From: an uncultured Methanoregulaceae archaeon
Lineage (GTDB): Archaea > Halobacteriota > Methanomicrobia > Methanomicrobiales > Methanospirillaceae
Assembly: GCA_963717525.1 (NCBI GenBank)
Contig: OY970343.1
Location: 672,001 to 736,000, forward strand
Direction: 5' to 3'
Length of the DNA stretch: 64,000 nt
Shown in pieces: positions 1-10,112 of the stretch. Numbering within the stretch: the first letter of the stretch is position 1; every line of letters starts with the position of its first letter. Under the pieces are notes generated by a model, which had not been told where the DNA came from, did not search any database, and saw nothing but the letters and a program-made list of their open reading frames with translations. The position numbers were made by a program, and so were the translations under genes.

Positions 1-97
1 TTGGCCGGGAAGTCATAAATGCGTTTGGAGATCGGGCTTGAATCAAATGAGAAGGTATTTATATCATTGTGTTTCACTTTGGTTTATCTGGTTAAGT

Positions 98-147
98 CAG
101 ACACAAGAGTTCCCCTTGTCAGACATATGAATGACAAAAAGCAGACA
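98..147 (+). promoter_or_regulatory. Phased CAGACA/GACA direct-repeat array, candidate RHH operator
   Basis: CAGACA at 98, 120 and 142 (22-bp period); GACA at 100, 122, 133 and 144 (11-bp phase). Confidence 0.45.
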
Positions 148-168
148 TATGTCGGAAATGGAGATACA

Positions 169-348
169 ATGATGCAACGAATCACACTCCGGTTGCCCGA
201 ACAGCAGATTGGCCTGCTCCAGCAGATGGTGGACGCGGGGGAGTATCCTAATGTTTCAGAAGCGGTCCGGGCCGCTGTCCGTGATCTTGTTGAGAAACGA
301 GCGGGCCGTGTCTTAAAGGATAATGACCAGGTTTCATTCAAGGTATGA
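169..348 (+). CDS. cdrS: Ribbon-helix-helix transcription regulator (CdrS-like, cell-division regulator)
   Basis: 59 aa from ATG169, [14 protein letters not shown]...[17 protein letters not shown], a classic RHH/CopG pattern; lies directly upstream of ftsZ2 as in the conserved euryarchaeal cdrS-ftsZ2 operon. Confidence 0.85.
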   Translation: MMQRITLRLPEQQIGLLQQMVDAGEYPNVSEAVRAAVRDLVEKRAGRVLKDNDQVSFKV

Positions 349-358
349 GAGGGTAGAA

Positions 359-1528
359 ATGCAGAGCATAATTAACGATGCGTTAAAAAATTCCGAACTT
401 GAAAAAGAGGTTAGCAAGTCCGGATCCAGTGCACCGGATGAAGATTTCCTTGGGCAGCCAAGAATTGTGATCATTGGTTGCGGTGGTGGCGGTAACAACA
501 CCGTCAACCGTATCCACCACATGGGTGTCTCCGGTGCAGAAACGATTGCGATCAACACGGACAAGCAGCACCTGGACATGATCCAGGCTGACAAACGTGT
601 CCTTATCGGGAAATCCCTGACCCGTGGTCTCGGTGCCGGTGGTTACCCCGATGTAGGTAAGCGTGCAGCCGAGATGGCCCGCCCGACCCTTGAAGCGCTG
701 CTCGAATCAGCAGATCTGGTGTTTATTACCGCCGGTATGGGAGGAGGTACCGGTACTGGTTCAGCCCCGGTCGTTGCACAGGTTGCAAAGGAGCAGGGCG
801 CAATCGTCGTCGGGATGGTCAGCTACCCGTTCCAGGTTGAAAAGGCCCGGCTGATCCGCGCAGAGGAAGGGCTTGAGGCACTCGCTGCGTCCGCTGACTC
901 GGTTATCGTTCTCGATAACAACCGGCTCAAGAACTTTGTCCCGAACCTCCCCCTCGGTCAGGCATTCTCTGTAATGGACCAGCTCATCGGTGAGACCGTC
1001 AAGGGCATCTCCGAGACCATCACGGAACCCTCGCTCATCAACATCGACTACGCCGATGTCCGCGCGATCATGTCCAAGGGAGGCGTCGCATCCATGCTTG
1101 TCGGAGAGAGCAAGCAACAGAACAAGGCAGAAAGTGTCGTCAGGGAATGCTTAAGCAACCCGATGCTCGACATCGACTATCGCGGCGCAACCGGCAGCCT
1201 GATCCACATCACCGGTGGTACCGACCTTACCCTGCAGGATGCAGAAGAGGTTGCAACCTCGCTCACGTATGAACTTGACCCGCACGCCGATGTCATCTGG
1301 GGTGCCCGCGTCCGGCCCGACATGGAAGGCAAGATCCGTGTCCTCGCCATCATGACCGGTGTCAAGAGTGCGCAGATCCTCGGGACCCGCCAGTCCTACA
1401 AGACGATGGTCCAGGAGATCGACGCCAAGAGATCCAACCCAAAACAGGTTGAGATGCCCCAGGCCGCCCGGAAGGTTGCACCCCGTGACCAGACCAGCGG
1501 TGGCGGCGTCCTTGAATGGGTCGGCTGA
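359..1528 (+). CDS. ftsZ: Cell division protein FtsZ (FtsZ2 clade)
   Basis: [24 protein letters not shown] tubulin signature, INIDYAD T7 loop; downstream of cdrS. Confidence 0.97.
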   Translation: MQSIINDALKNSELEKEVSKSGSSAPDEDFLGQPRIVIIGCGGGGNNTVNRIHHMGVSGAETIAINTDKQHLDMIQADKRVLIGKSLTRGLGAGGYPDVGKRAAEMARPTLEALLESADLVFITAGMGGGTGTGSAPVVAQVAKEQGAIVVGMVSYPFQVEKARLIRAEEGLEALAASADSVIVLDNNRLKNFVPNLPLGQAFSVMDQLIGETVKGISETITEPSLINIDYADVRAIMSKGGVASMLVGESKQQNKAESVVRECLSNPMLDIDYRGATGSLIHITGGTDLTLQDAEEVATSLTYELDPHADVIWGARVRPDMEGKIRVLAIMTGVKSAQILGTRQSYKTMVQEIDAKRSNPKQVEMPQAARKVAPRDQTSGGGVLEWVG

Positions 1529-1562
1529 ACGTCGTTATAAAAAATTAAAAAACAACCATACG

Positions 1563-1602
1563 TCCGGGGGAAATGGAAGCAAACCAGTCCTCCGGAATTT
1601 TT
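1563..1602 (+). terminator. Putative terminator after ftsZ2
   Basis: TCCGGGGG(1563-1570)/CCTCCGGA(1589-1596) stem followed by ATTTTT. Confidence 0.35.
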
Positions 1603-1995
1603 CATATGCTCTTCTAAAAACAGTTTTATCCGGCGGGAAGTGGCTTATTTACCCTGTTATCCGGCGAAATGCTTAAGAGGACTCCCCGCCTTTAAAATAT
1701 AGTACATTCGACCAGATCATCTGAAGGGAGAATGGTGGGCGATACCCTGAAAGGTATCATCCGGGTATCGGGAGTTGAACATCATGAATCGAGTGTCGAA
1801 CAAAGACTTCTTGTTGAAGTCTTGCAAAGAGTTTAAGAAACGATTCTTTTCTGATGTTTTTTGCCCTGCATCAGGCATGCAGAGCGGCCATTGCCGGGAA
1901 GCGCAGGTTTTGCGCGTTGCCCCTGCTGGTTTTTGCCCCTTACCCCCATGTGCCTGCCCAGCCCTTACAGGAGACAGGATGAGGAGTGGTACCGC

Positions 1996-2856
1996 ATGTT
2001 GAATGACTTAATGGAAAAGAGAAAGAAGATCCTTGCCGAGTCTGAACAGCACAAAAACCGAAGAAACGAGCTCAACGCTACCGCGAGCAAATCTGCGCGG
2101 GAGAGGAACACGCTCAATAACCAGACCCGGGAGTTTGTGGAAGAGGCCCAGAAGAACAAGGATCTCAGGGACAAGTTCAACCAGGAAGTTCTTGACCTCA
2201 AGGCACAGCGCAATGAATTAAACGACAAGGCAAATGTGCTGTTTGAGGACATTGAGGTCTTCAAAAAAGAGCACGGCTCACTCAAGAACCGGGGCATCAA
2301 GGAACTCCAGAAGCAGATCGAGTACATGGAGTACCGGCAGCAGACCGAGGTCTTTACCACCGATAAGGAGCGCGAGCTTATCGAGAAGATCAAGCAGATG
2401 AAAGGCCAGGTCAAGGAACAGGAGGCCGAGCTCGAGCAGAACAAGGAGATGCGGACAAAGATCTCCTCTGCCCGGGACTTTCGCAAGCAAGCATCAGATC
2501 TTCACGCAAAAGTGACAGAACTTGCCGAACTTGCCCAGAAGCACCACGACCTGATGGTCGAATCCTACCGGAAGGCCGACAAATCCCGCGAAGCCGCTGA
2601 TGCTGCCCACAAGAGTTTTGTCGAGGCACAGGAATCTGCCGATGCCGAGCACAAATCCTTCATTGCCTGCCAGAAAGAACTGCGCGATTATGATAAGGTT
2701 ATCTCCGGCCTGCGCAAGAAAACAAAGAAGGTCAAGGTATCAAAAGAACAGAAAGCCGTCCGCCAGGAAGCAGAGCACCTGTTCAAAAACTTCCGGGCAG
2801 GAGAAAAACTTACAACAGACGATATCCTCCTGCTCCAGCGTTCAAAACTCATCTGA
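1996..2856 (+). CDS. Archaeal coiled-coil protein (COG1340-like)
   Basis: All-helical E/K/Q-rich heptad sequence ending in GEKLTTDDILLLQ; GAGGAG SD-like motif before ATG1996. Confidence 0.85.
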   Translation: MLNDLMEKRKKILAESEQHKNRRNELNATASKSARERNTLNNQTREFVEEAQKNKDLRDKFNQEVLDLKAQRNELNDKANVLFEDIEVFKKEHGSLKNRGIKELQKQIEYMEYRQQTEVFTTDKERELIEKIKQMKGQVKEQEAELEQNKEMRTKISSARDFRKQASDLHAKVTELAELAQKHHDLMVESYRKADKSREAADAAHKSFVEAQESADAEHKSFIACQKELRDYDKVISGLRKKTKKVKVSKEQKAVRQEAEHLFKNFRAGEKLTTDDILLLQRSKLI

Positions 2857-2929
2857 TCCCCTCTATAGTCAATTCTTTTTTCCTGTCGCAGGTAATAATT
2901 AATAGATTTACAGTGACTCTATTATACCA

Positions 2930-4063
2930 ATGACAAAAGATCGGACTCTCGTCCTGAGTGTTGACCGGGACGATGATATCGGGTGGAAGGCCAGGATAGA
3001 AAGCCCGGTCGTCGGAAGGCAGGAATGCCTGAAGGCTGCTGACGGGCTTGCTCTTGCCGACCCGGAAGACTCCGATGTCAATGCCATATTTTCAGCGGTA
3101 AAAATTTATGATGAGCTGATTGCAAAAGGGGAAGAAGCAGTCGTCGCCGTTATCGCCGGCAATCACCTCCACATGATTGAAGGCGACCGGAAGATCGCAG
3201 CAACCCTCGATGACGTGATAAAAGCGACACAACCGACATCCTGTATCCTTGTATCTGACGGGGCAGAAGACGAGTTTGTGGTGCCCATCATCCAGTCCCG
3301 GATCCCGGTGGCGAGCATCCGCCGCGTGATTGTCAACCAGATGCCGAACCTTGAAGGGACGTACTATATCCTGAAAAAGCTCCTTGACGACCCGAAAGTG
3401 TCGAGGGTCGTTTTTGTCCCTCTTGGCCTAGCCATGCTGTTATATGCGAGTGCATTTATCCTGGGGTACCCTGGAACCGCCACCATCGTCGTTATTGGTG
3501 TCATTGGGATGTACCTGTTGTACAAAGGGTTTGGCCTGGATGAGGTAATCCACGGTATTATCAATGCACTCCGTGCGTCGATGTCCCGCGGCAGATTTTC
3601 CTTTGTTACGTACTCGACTACCATCGTTCTTGCAGTCATCGGATTTACTATTGGCTTTTTTACTGTCCTGAATTATTATGCGGCAGACAACAGCTTGGGC
3701 GTCCTTCTGTATGTCATGAGTTTCATTTACGGGGCGATCATCTGGCTGATCATTGCCGGCCTCGTCACCTCGGTTGGCGTCATCATCGATGTCTATATCA
3801 ATGAGCGGGAGAATCTGGCAAAAGTCATCGTTTTCCCGTTCTTTGTGACGGCAATCGGGCTTATCCTGTACGGTGCCAGCACTTACATCCTTGCGGTCAG
3901 TAGTGTCACTGGTTTCCCTATCACCCCTGCATCTGCCGGGACCTATATCCTGTACTCGACCCTGATCGGGCTTGTGTGTGCGATTGCCGGTGTCTTTGTC
4001 CAGTATGTTCTTGTGAAACGGCAGGCAGAAACGCAAAAGGAAGCCATCATCGAGACAATCTGA
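2930..4063 (+). CDS. DUF373 family membrane protein
   Basis: N-terminal LSVDRDDDIG, ADPEDSDVN and VSDGAEDE motifs, then multiple transmembrane helices. Confidence 0.85.
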   Translation: MTKDRTLVLSVDRDDDIGWKARIESPVVGRQECLKAADGLALADPEDSDVNAIFSAVKIYDELIAKGEEAVVAVIAGNHLHMIEGDRKIAATLDDVIKATQPTSCILVSDGAEDEFVVPIIQSRIPVASIRRVIVNQMPNLEGTYYILKKLLDDPKVSRVVFVPLGLAMLLYASAFILGYPGTATIVVIGVIGMYLLYKGFGLDEVIHGIINALRASMSRGRFSFVTYSTTIVLAVIGFTIGFFTVLNYYAADNSLGVLLYVMSFIYGAIIWLIIAGLVTSVGVIIDVYINERENLAKVIVFPFFVTAIGLILYGASTYILAVSSVTGFPITPASAGTYILYSTLIGLVCAIAGVFVQYVLVKRQAETQKEAIIETI

Positions 4064-4314
4064 TCCCCGCCAATCCTTTTTTATCGGGAGTACATGTCCG
4101 TCTGGAGATAAACATCTCTCTAAAGAAACCCGGTTTACCCCATCCTGATAAGAAACGTATCGGTCGCCCGGTGGATAGCATGCGAGGTCCCGGCACAACG
4201 GACCTTCTCCGGTTCCATCGAAGCAGCATTCTTTCCGGGAAAAATATCTGTCAGCAGTGCCCTGAGAGTGTCCCGTTCGGATATTCCATCAGGTTTCTTC
4301 TTTGTTGCCTAGTT

Positions 4315-4830
4315 CTACGGGCCTGCGAAGCTGGAAAAGGATTGCGTCGATGACGTCTGTTCCGGCGTTTGATTTATTGTCGCAGTCTCAAAATAACCCA
4401 TTCCATCAGGGAACAGGTTTGTATTGGTAAAGTTTCGCACGACCTGGGGTGACGCTACTGTGAGTTTAGGAATAACAACATTGAACTGGTGCGTCGGAAA
4501 CCAGTAAACTCCGTTCCCGTACGAATATGCCGCCTGATCTACCACAAATTCTGCGTCTGAAAGATTGACAAATTGCATCTGCACATCGTCATAATTGAGA
4601 ATTGTTATCAGTTTGTTTTTCAGATCCTGTTTTCCCAGCAAAAAAAAGATGATCCTCGTCCCTTCATCGACAGAATAATGCATATCCACAAGCGCTGTGT
4701 CGTTATGTAACTGGATCTGTACGGACTCGAGAGTAATATAACCGTATCGTTCATCGTTAGCCGCTGCCGCGGGCGCTATACAGAGCACGATCAGGAAGAG
4801 ACTGATACATGCGGCAGCACGTGTATTCAT
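4315..4830 (-). CDS. Secreted hypothetical protein
   Basis: Signal peptide (ISLFLIVLCIAPAAAA), beta-rich body, N-glycosylation sequons (NDT, NLS, NFT, NQT). Confidence 0.7.
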   Translation of the reverse strand: MNTRAAACISLFLIVLCIAPAAAANDERYGYITLESVQIQLHNDTALVDMHYSVDEGTRIIFFLLGKQDLKNKLITILNYDDVQMQFVNLSDAEFVVDQAAYSYGNGVYWFPTHQFNVVIPKLTVASPQVVRNFTNTNLFPDGMGYFETATINQTPEQTSSTQSFSSFAGP

Positions 4831-4939
4831 AACACTATCAGTGTGAAGGCACCAGTTAAATGGTTTACGGTTATCGTGATGCTCTTAATCACGTCGGTAG
4901 TACTGACATGTATGCACTACTGCCGTTCGGCAAAAAAAA

Positions 4940-5233
4940 TTATTTTTTTGCTAAAAGGATTATCTCGATGCTCGAGACATTGGTTTTGCCGGTGTCAGTA
5001 TCGATTACTTCAGTTGAGGTCACGATATCCTTCTTGGTAACACCATCCAGGAACCGGTTCAACGCGATCTCCGCTGTATCGACCGCCCGCGAGATCGCCT
5101 TGCCCCGGGCCTTGATGGCTACTTCGCTTGCCCCATTGTTAAACTGGGTGACAACAGCCAGCACATAGTTCATGACCGGCTTGTTTCCCACAAACACGGT
5201 GTTTTCCTTCATCGGCTGCATGGTGGTTTCCAT
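4940..5233 (-). CDS. albA: DNA/RNA-binding protein Alba
   Basis: [34 protein letters not shown]; start could be 5233, 5221 or 5212. Confidence 0.95.
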   Translation of the reverse strand: METTMQPMKENTVFVGNKPVMNYVLAVVTQFNNGASEVAIKARGKAISRAVDTAEIALNRFLDGVTKKDIVTSTEVIDTDTGKTNVSSIEIILLAKK

Positions 5234-5238
5234 AGGAA

Positions 5239-6256
5239 TCACAGGTACTTCTTCTTTGTAATCAGTTCAGCATTCAGCACACTTGCACCAGCTGCGCCGC
5301 GGATCGTGTTATGTCCCATGGCCACGAACCGGAGGCCTTCCCGCACACGGCCGACTGAGACCGTCATACCGCGGCCACGCATGCGGTCGAGCCGGGGCTG
5401 GGGCCGGTCATCATCCAAAAACAGGTGCACGGATTCCGCAGGCTGGGTGGGCAGGCCTTTGATCGGGGGTTTGTAGTCCATGTAGGCTTTTTTTACCTTC
5501 TCGACCGGTTCTTTGATGTCGGCCCAGACCGCCATGGTATGCCCGTCGATGACCGGGACACGGTGGCAGCTTGCGCTCACGTGGAACGGTGGATTTGCCA
5601 CTTTCTTTCCTTTGAGTGTACCCATGATCTTGAGGGTCTCGGTCTCCATTTTCTCCTCTTCTTTTCCGATATAGGGAATGACATTGTCGTAGATGGACAT
5701 GGCCGCCACGCCGGGCAAAACCGGCTCCCGATATGGCCTGCATCGTGGCGACCCGGATATCGGAGAACTTGAATTTCCGTAATGGCGCAAGTGCCATGAC
5801 AAGCATGATCGTGGAACAGTTCGGGTTTGTCACGATAAACCCGTCCCGTCCGGCGTCCCGCTGGACATCGATCAGCCCCAGGTGCTCAGGGTTGACCTCG
5901 GGCACGACGAGGGGTACCATCGGCTCCATCCGGTGTGAACTTGCATTACTGCAGACGGCAATGCCTGCATCCGCAAATGTGTTCTCCACATCCATCGCAA
6001 TTTCAGCGGGAAGCGCGGAGAAGACGAGGTCCACACCCTTCATTGCGGAAGGGGTGATGCTGGTAACTTTAAGTTTTGCAATCTTCTCCGGGAACGGCGT
6101 TTCAAGGCGCCAGTTTACCACTCTTCCATAGGGTTTTCCCGCACTGCGTTCCGAGGCCGCGAGAGTTGTCAGATTGAACCAGGGATGATCTGATAATTGT
6201 TCGACAAATCGCTGACCAACCGCGCCCGTAGCACCGAGCACTCCAACATTGATCAT
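5239..6256 (-). CDS. asd: Aspartate-semialdehyde dehydrogenase (apparent +1 frameshift at about 5713)
   Basis: [17 protein letters not shown] and QAISGAG in ORF 5411..6388; [10 protein letters not shown] and HNTIRGAAG in ORF 5239..5802; removing one base at CCGGG 5711-5715 joins them. Confidence 0.93.
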
Positions 6257-6505
6257 AACTGACAGGTCCTGTGTGTTGTTTGTATTTCCCGTTTGAGATG
6301 ATGGCGGGTTGTAAAATCCCATTTCACCTGCGATAATAAAAACATTGTTTTTTACAGTTACCTGCATGTTTCCCAGAAACCGTAACATCCACGCCGACCA
6401 ATTATGGCAGTATAAATTGTAGCATGGGTATCGGTGGTGGTATTATCTCTCATTTAACGGGCCCAAGTGGGGGCCAAAAAAAGTGGTTGCTTAAAGGAAG
6501 AAAAA

Positions 6506-6688
6506 TTATTCCATATGAATTGCTTCAGACGGGCAGGCATCCACGCAGGTCTGGCAGTCCACGCACATATCCTTGTCAACCTTGGCTTTTTCGTTATCCA
6601 TGGATATTGCGGATGCCGGGCATTCATTCACACAGGTTTCGCATCCAGTGCATTTTGTTGTATCAATCACAGCTACCAAAGAGTTCAC
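6506..6688 (-). CDS. 2x[4Fe-4S] ferredoxin
   Basis: CTGCETCVNECP and CVDCQTCVDACP. Confidence 0.92.
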   Translation of the reverse strand: MNSLVAVIDTTKCTGCETCVNECPASAISMDNEKAKVDKDMCVDCQTCVDACPSEAIHME

Positions 6689-6753
6689 TCCATCGTAATA
6701 ATTCGGTTAAAGATAAAAAATATGTTTCGATTTGAACAGATCGGGAGGAAGGG

Positions 6754-7521
6754 TCATTTTTTGTGCAGGCCAAGGACATCGTTCATGCTATAGATACCCG
6801 GTTTTTTGTCTGCGACCCAGCGGGCGGCCCGCAGGGCTCCGCTTGCAAAGACCGACCGGTCGTACGCCCGGTGGGAGATCTCAATCGTCTCGAAGTTTTT
6901 CGAGAACATGACCGTATGATCCCCGACAATATCCCCTCCCCGGATTACATGGACGCCGATCTCGTTACCCCGCTCCATCATGCCCTCGCGGCCATAGAGC
7001 TTTTTCCGGGCCCCGATTTCCTCGTCAAGGATCTGCAGGATGGTCTTAGCCGTCCCGCTCGGGGCATCCTTCTTGTTCCGGTGGTGCGCCTCGATCACTT
7101 CGATGTCGTAATCCCCGAGCAGTGTTCCTGCCTCCCGCACCAGCTGCCAGAAGATGTTGACGCCAACCGAGAAGTTGCTCGATATCACGGCAGGGACATG
7201 CCCGTTGATGGCTTTTGCCATGACCTCGCGTTGTTCCGGTGTAAATCCGGTCGTTCCTACTATGAGGGCCACGTGGTTTTTTGCCGCGACTTTGACGTTC
7301 TCGACTGCCGCATGTGCGATGGTGAAATCGATCAGAACATCGGGTTTTTTACTTTTTAAGAGCGATTCGATGTCCTGCGCTGCCACAATGTCAACGCCGA
7401 AAAAGTTGCCCGGGTGAAGATCGATACCGCCGGCCAATTCGAGGTCCGGCGATTCTTTTACCATCCTTCCCAGTGTCTGGCCCATGCGGCCGGAGGCGCC
7501 GCAGATAACAATTTTTGCCAT
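6754..7521 (-). CDS. dapB: 4-hydroxy-tetrahydrodipicolinate reductase
   Basis: GASGRMG, IDFT, GTTG, EAHHRNKKDAPSGTA. Confidence 0.96.
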   Translation of the reverse strand: MAKIVICGASGRMGQTLGRMVKESPDLELAGGIDLHPGNFFGVDIVAAQDIESLLKSKKPDVLIDFTIAHAAVENVKVAAKNHVALIVGTTGFTPEQREVMAKAINGHVPAVISSNFSVGVNIFWQLVREAGTLLGDYDIEVIEAHHRNKKDAPSGTAKTILQILDEEIGARKKLYGREGMMERGNEIGVHVIRGGDIVGDHTVMFSKNFETIEISHRAYDRSVFASGALRAARWVADKKPGIYSMNDVLGLHKK

Positions 7522-7528
7522 GATCAGT

Positions 7529-8458
7529 TCACCGCTGCCTGTGTTTTACGGCAGGTTTTTTCTTCTGCACGGTCTTTTTTGCGACTGGGATGGAGGCAAG
7601 GACTTTTTTTAGGTCTGCGGTCTTTTTCTCGTCGAGATTATCCAGCGGGAGCCGGACCGGCCCACCTGCCATGCCCATCAGTTCCACAGCTTTCTTCACC
7701 GGGATCGGGTTGGTATCGATGAACATCGAGCGGAAGAGGGGTGAGAGGGCGTAATGCAGGGCAAGCGCTTTTTTCCAGTCGCCTTTTTTTGCCGCCTCGC
7801 AGAGGGCTACCATCCGTGTGGGATCCACGTTTGCTGCGACCGAGATCACACCTTTTCCGCCGAGCGCCATGATCGGGAGGGTGAGGTTGTCATCGCCAGA
7901 GATCACGGCAAAGTCCTCATCCAGGGTCATCTCGATGATTCGCGACACCTGCCCGATATTACCGCTGGCCTCCTTGATCCCGACAATGTTGGGGTGCCCT
8001 GCCAGCTCGGCAATCAGGTCAGGTTCGAGGTTCTGGCCCGTGCGGCCGGGAACGTTGTAGATGACCACTGGGATGTCAAGATCGGCAAGTTTTGTATAAT
8101 GCTTAACGAGTCCCGCACGGTTGGGTTTATTGTAATACGGGCTGATAACGAGCACGCCATCAGCGCCGGTGTCCTTTGCCGCCTTAGTAAGGATGACTGC
8201 TTCCGCCGTATTATTTGAACCCGTGCCAGCAAGAACAGGGACCTTGCCGTTGACCATATCAATGGTGACGCTGACAACCTTTTCATGCTCGGCAAATGAG
8301 AGCGTTGCCGATTCTCCGGTTGAGCCGCAGGGTACGATCCCGTGGATGCCACAGAACAGGAGGTACTCAATGTTTCGTTCAAGGCCAGGAACGTCAAGGC
8401 CCATCGCGGAATTACGTTTAAAAGGGGTAATTATAGCGGGAAGGACACCTTCGAACAT
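7529..8458 (-). CDS. dapA: 4-hydroxy-tetrahydrodipicolinate synthase
   Basis: GSTGE, SPYYNKP, YNVPGRTG, GIKEASG. Confidence 0.96.
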   Translation of the reverse strand: MFEGVLPAIITPFKRNSAMGLDVPGLERNIEYLLFCGIHGIVPCGSTGESATLSFAEHEKVVSVTIDMVNGKVPVLAGTGSNNTAEAVILTKAAKDTGADGVLVISPYYNKPNRAGLVKHYTKLADLDIPVVIYNVPGRTGQNLEPDLIAELAGHPNIVGIKEASGNIGQVSRIIEMTLDEDFAVISGDDNLTLPIMALGGKGVISVAANVDPTRMVALCEAAKKGDWKKALALHYALSPLFRSMFIDTNPIPVKKAVELMGMAGGPVRLPLDNLDEKKTADLKKVLASIPVAKKTVQKKKPAVKHRQR

Positions 8459-8466
8459 AACAAGGG

Positions 8467-8658
8467 TTATGGGTGTCTTTTTGTATTAATTTTTCTTGTA
8501 ATATATCCGGCAACACGGTTCCGGACCCGCTTGCTGTCTATGGATGCCGATGATGCCAGCTGCTGCTTGTTTGCGTCAAAGTTGTTCGAAAAGTTCTCTT
8601 TCTGGGTGGAAAGGAGTGCAGTACCAATGGTCTTGATGTACGATGGCTTTATTCCCAT
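8467..8658 (-). CDS. rps17e: 30S ribosomal protein S17e
   Basis: MGIKPSYIK...F..NK...SKRVRNRVAGYITR. Confidence 0.95.
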   Translation of the reverse strand: MGIKPSYIKTIGTALLSTQKENFSNNFDANKQQLASSASIDSKRVRNRVAGYITRKINTKRHP

Positions 8659-8668
8659 GAAATATTCC

Positions 8669-9226
8669 TCAAAGTTCTATACGTATAATGCGGTTTGACA
8701 ACATAATAATATTGCCCGAGACCTCCACCGGGTTTTCACCGAACAGGTGGATTTTGGCGGAATCGTTCGGGGCGCCGGGATCGACGATCACTTCCGGCAT
8801 CCCGTCCCTGCAGCAGGAAGCCACGCCCCAATCCATCGTGGCAACCCCCGGGGGTTGCCCGCGGCGTTCAACTGTGCAGCACTCAAGAAACATACTGGCA
8901 AGGATGCGGCCGGCCTCATCTGTATACCGTATCGTTGCCGCACAGCGTATGCTTGGGTCAAATTTCGCGGCGGTAAGAATAATTTTTGCCAGCGTTTCAT
9001 CGGCGCCAAACCCGCAGGCCCCCGCTGCCCTGACTATAGTGTCCTGCACCACAAATCCCCCGCTGACCGCAGCGACCCCGGCACTGTCCCGGGCACCCCT
9101 GATGGCATACCCGATGTTTGTTCCGGCTTCTGCAACCAGAGTTGGGGCTATTGATTCTGAAAGGAGTCTTGCGACACGCGAGAGCTCCGCAAGTACATCG
9201 TTTCTTTGCTGCTCCGGACTGATCAT
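8669..9226 (-). CDS. Thiamine-phosphate synthase ThiN-family protein (stand-alone)
   Basis: GTNIGYA, GFGA, FDPSIRCAATIRY, TMDWGV, IVDPG motifs resemble the ThiN domain. Confidence 0.7.
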   Translation of the reverse strand: MISPEQQRNDVLAELSRVARLLSESIAPTLVAEAGTNIGYAIRGARDSAGVAAVSGGFVVQDTIVRAAGACGFGADETLAKIILTAAKFDPSIRCAATIRYTDEAGRILASMFLECCTVERRGQPPGVATMDWGVASCCRDGMPEVIVDPGAPNDSAKIHLFGENPVEVSGNIIMLSNRIIRIEL

Positions 9227-9282
9227 CGTACTCTCACCTCTGTTGATCCGGGTGGTTTTTATTCTCTCCTGCTATCGGATAT

Positions 9283-9834
9283 TCAGGTAAGCCCCAGATC
9301 TTCGCGTATCGCCATCAGGCCGGTGATAGCTACAGCATAAAATTCCGGTAATGTAATGATCGGTTCAATGAGTGCAATCCGGTCCCGGTCACATCCGGCT
9401 GCAAAGGACTTCTCTTTTGCCTTTTTGGTCACGGTCTTTACAGTAACATCCGAGAGCTTACCGCCTTTTACCAGCGCACAGGCTATTACCAGGCCCGAGG
9501 CGCTGTCTGCTGCCTGCAATGCGATCTCAACAGGACTCGTATAGGTTCCGGGAAAAAGATGGTGGTTGTGCCGCTGCACAACCCGGGCCATCCCGGGATC
9601 GATACCAGCGCTCGTAAGAATTTCCGCACCTTTTGCACCATGCAGCTGCATATCCCCGTGGATCAATTCAAAATCGATATCGTGCAGGATTCCGGTCATC
9701 TCCCAGAAGCCGGCATCTTCACCAAGCCGCGCGGCAAGCGCCTTCATCACGGCACCGGTTGCGAGGCAGTGCTTCCTAAGACCGGCATCATGGACATACT
9801 GATCGAGCAGGACAATTGCAGCTGAACGTTCCAT
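9283..9834 (-). CDS. HD-domain (HDIG-like) hydrolase
   Basis: KHC, GILHDIDFE, HG, HNH, KSFAAGCDR; alternative start 9861. Confidence 0.85.
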   Translation of the reverse strand: MERSAAIVLLDQYVHDAGLRKHCLATGAVMKALAARLGEDAGFWEMTGILHDIDFELIHGDMQLHGAKGAEILTSAGIDPGMARVVQRHNHHLFPGTYTSPVEIALQAADSASGLVIACALVKGGKLSDVTVKTVTKKAKEKSFAAGCDRDRIALIEPIITLPEFYAVAITGLMAIREDLGLT

Positions 9835-9921
9835 GGCATGAGATGTACCTGGCCGGGTCATCAGTCTGACGCTCCTTTCCCGTGGATATGCATATAACCG
9901 ATTAAGACCAAAATTTTCTGG

Positions 9922-10098
9922 ATGGATGCACGACTACTCGATGTTATCATCGGCGTAACCGGCTTTGCGCTTCTGGTTATTCTTCTTGCAGTGCTCCCGC
10001 TGGCCATCAGCGCCGGGCCTGCCTATCTGATCGCCATTATATTCTTTGTCCTGTTCCTTTCCGGGGCAGGATATATGGTCAACGAGAAAATAGCCTGA
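9922..10098 (+). CDS. 58-aa two-TM small membrane protein (not in ORF track)
   Basis: MDARLLDVIIGVTGFALLVILLAVLPLAISAGPAYLIAIIFFVLFLSGAGYMVNEKIA*; fills the gap between the HD gene and priL. Confidence 0.7.
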   Translation: MDARLLDVIIGVTGFALLVILLAVLPLAISAGPAYLIAIIFFVLFLSGAGYMVNEKIA

Positions 10099-10112
10099 AT
10101 GAATCTGCGATT

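Noticed and set aside
1676..1995. RNase P RNA or SRP RNA in the long intergenic region
   Set aside because: Lacks the RNase P GAGGAAAGUCC core and the SRP helix-8 motif
5239..6256. Treating asd, cofE, cdhA, arlB and other broken genes as pseudogenes or programmed frameshifts
   Set aside because: Isolated 1-bp breaks in otherwise intact, often essential genes with no slippery heptamer; sequencing error is more parsimonious
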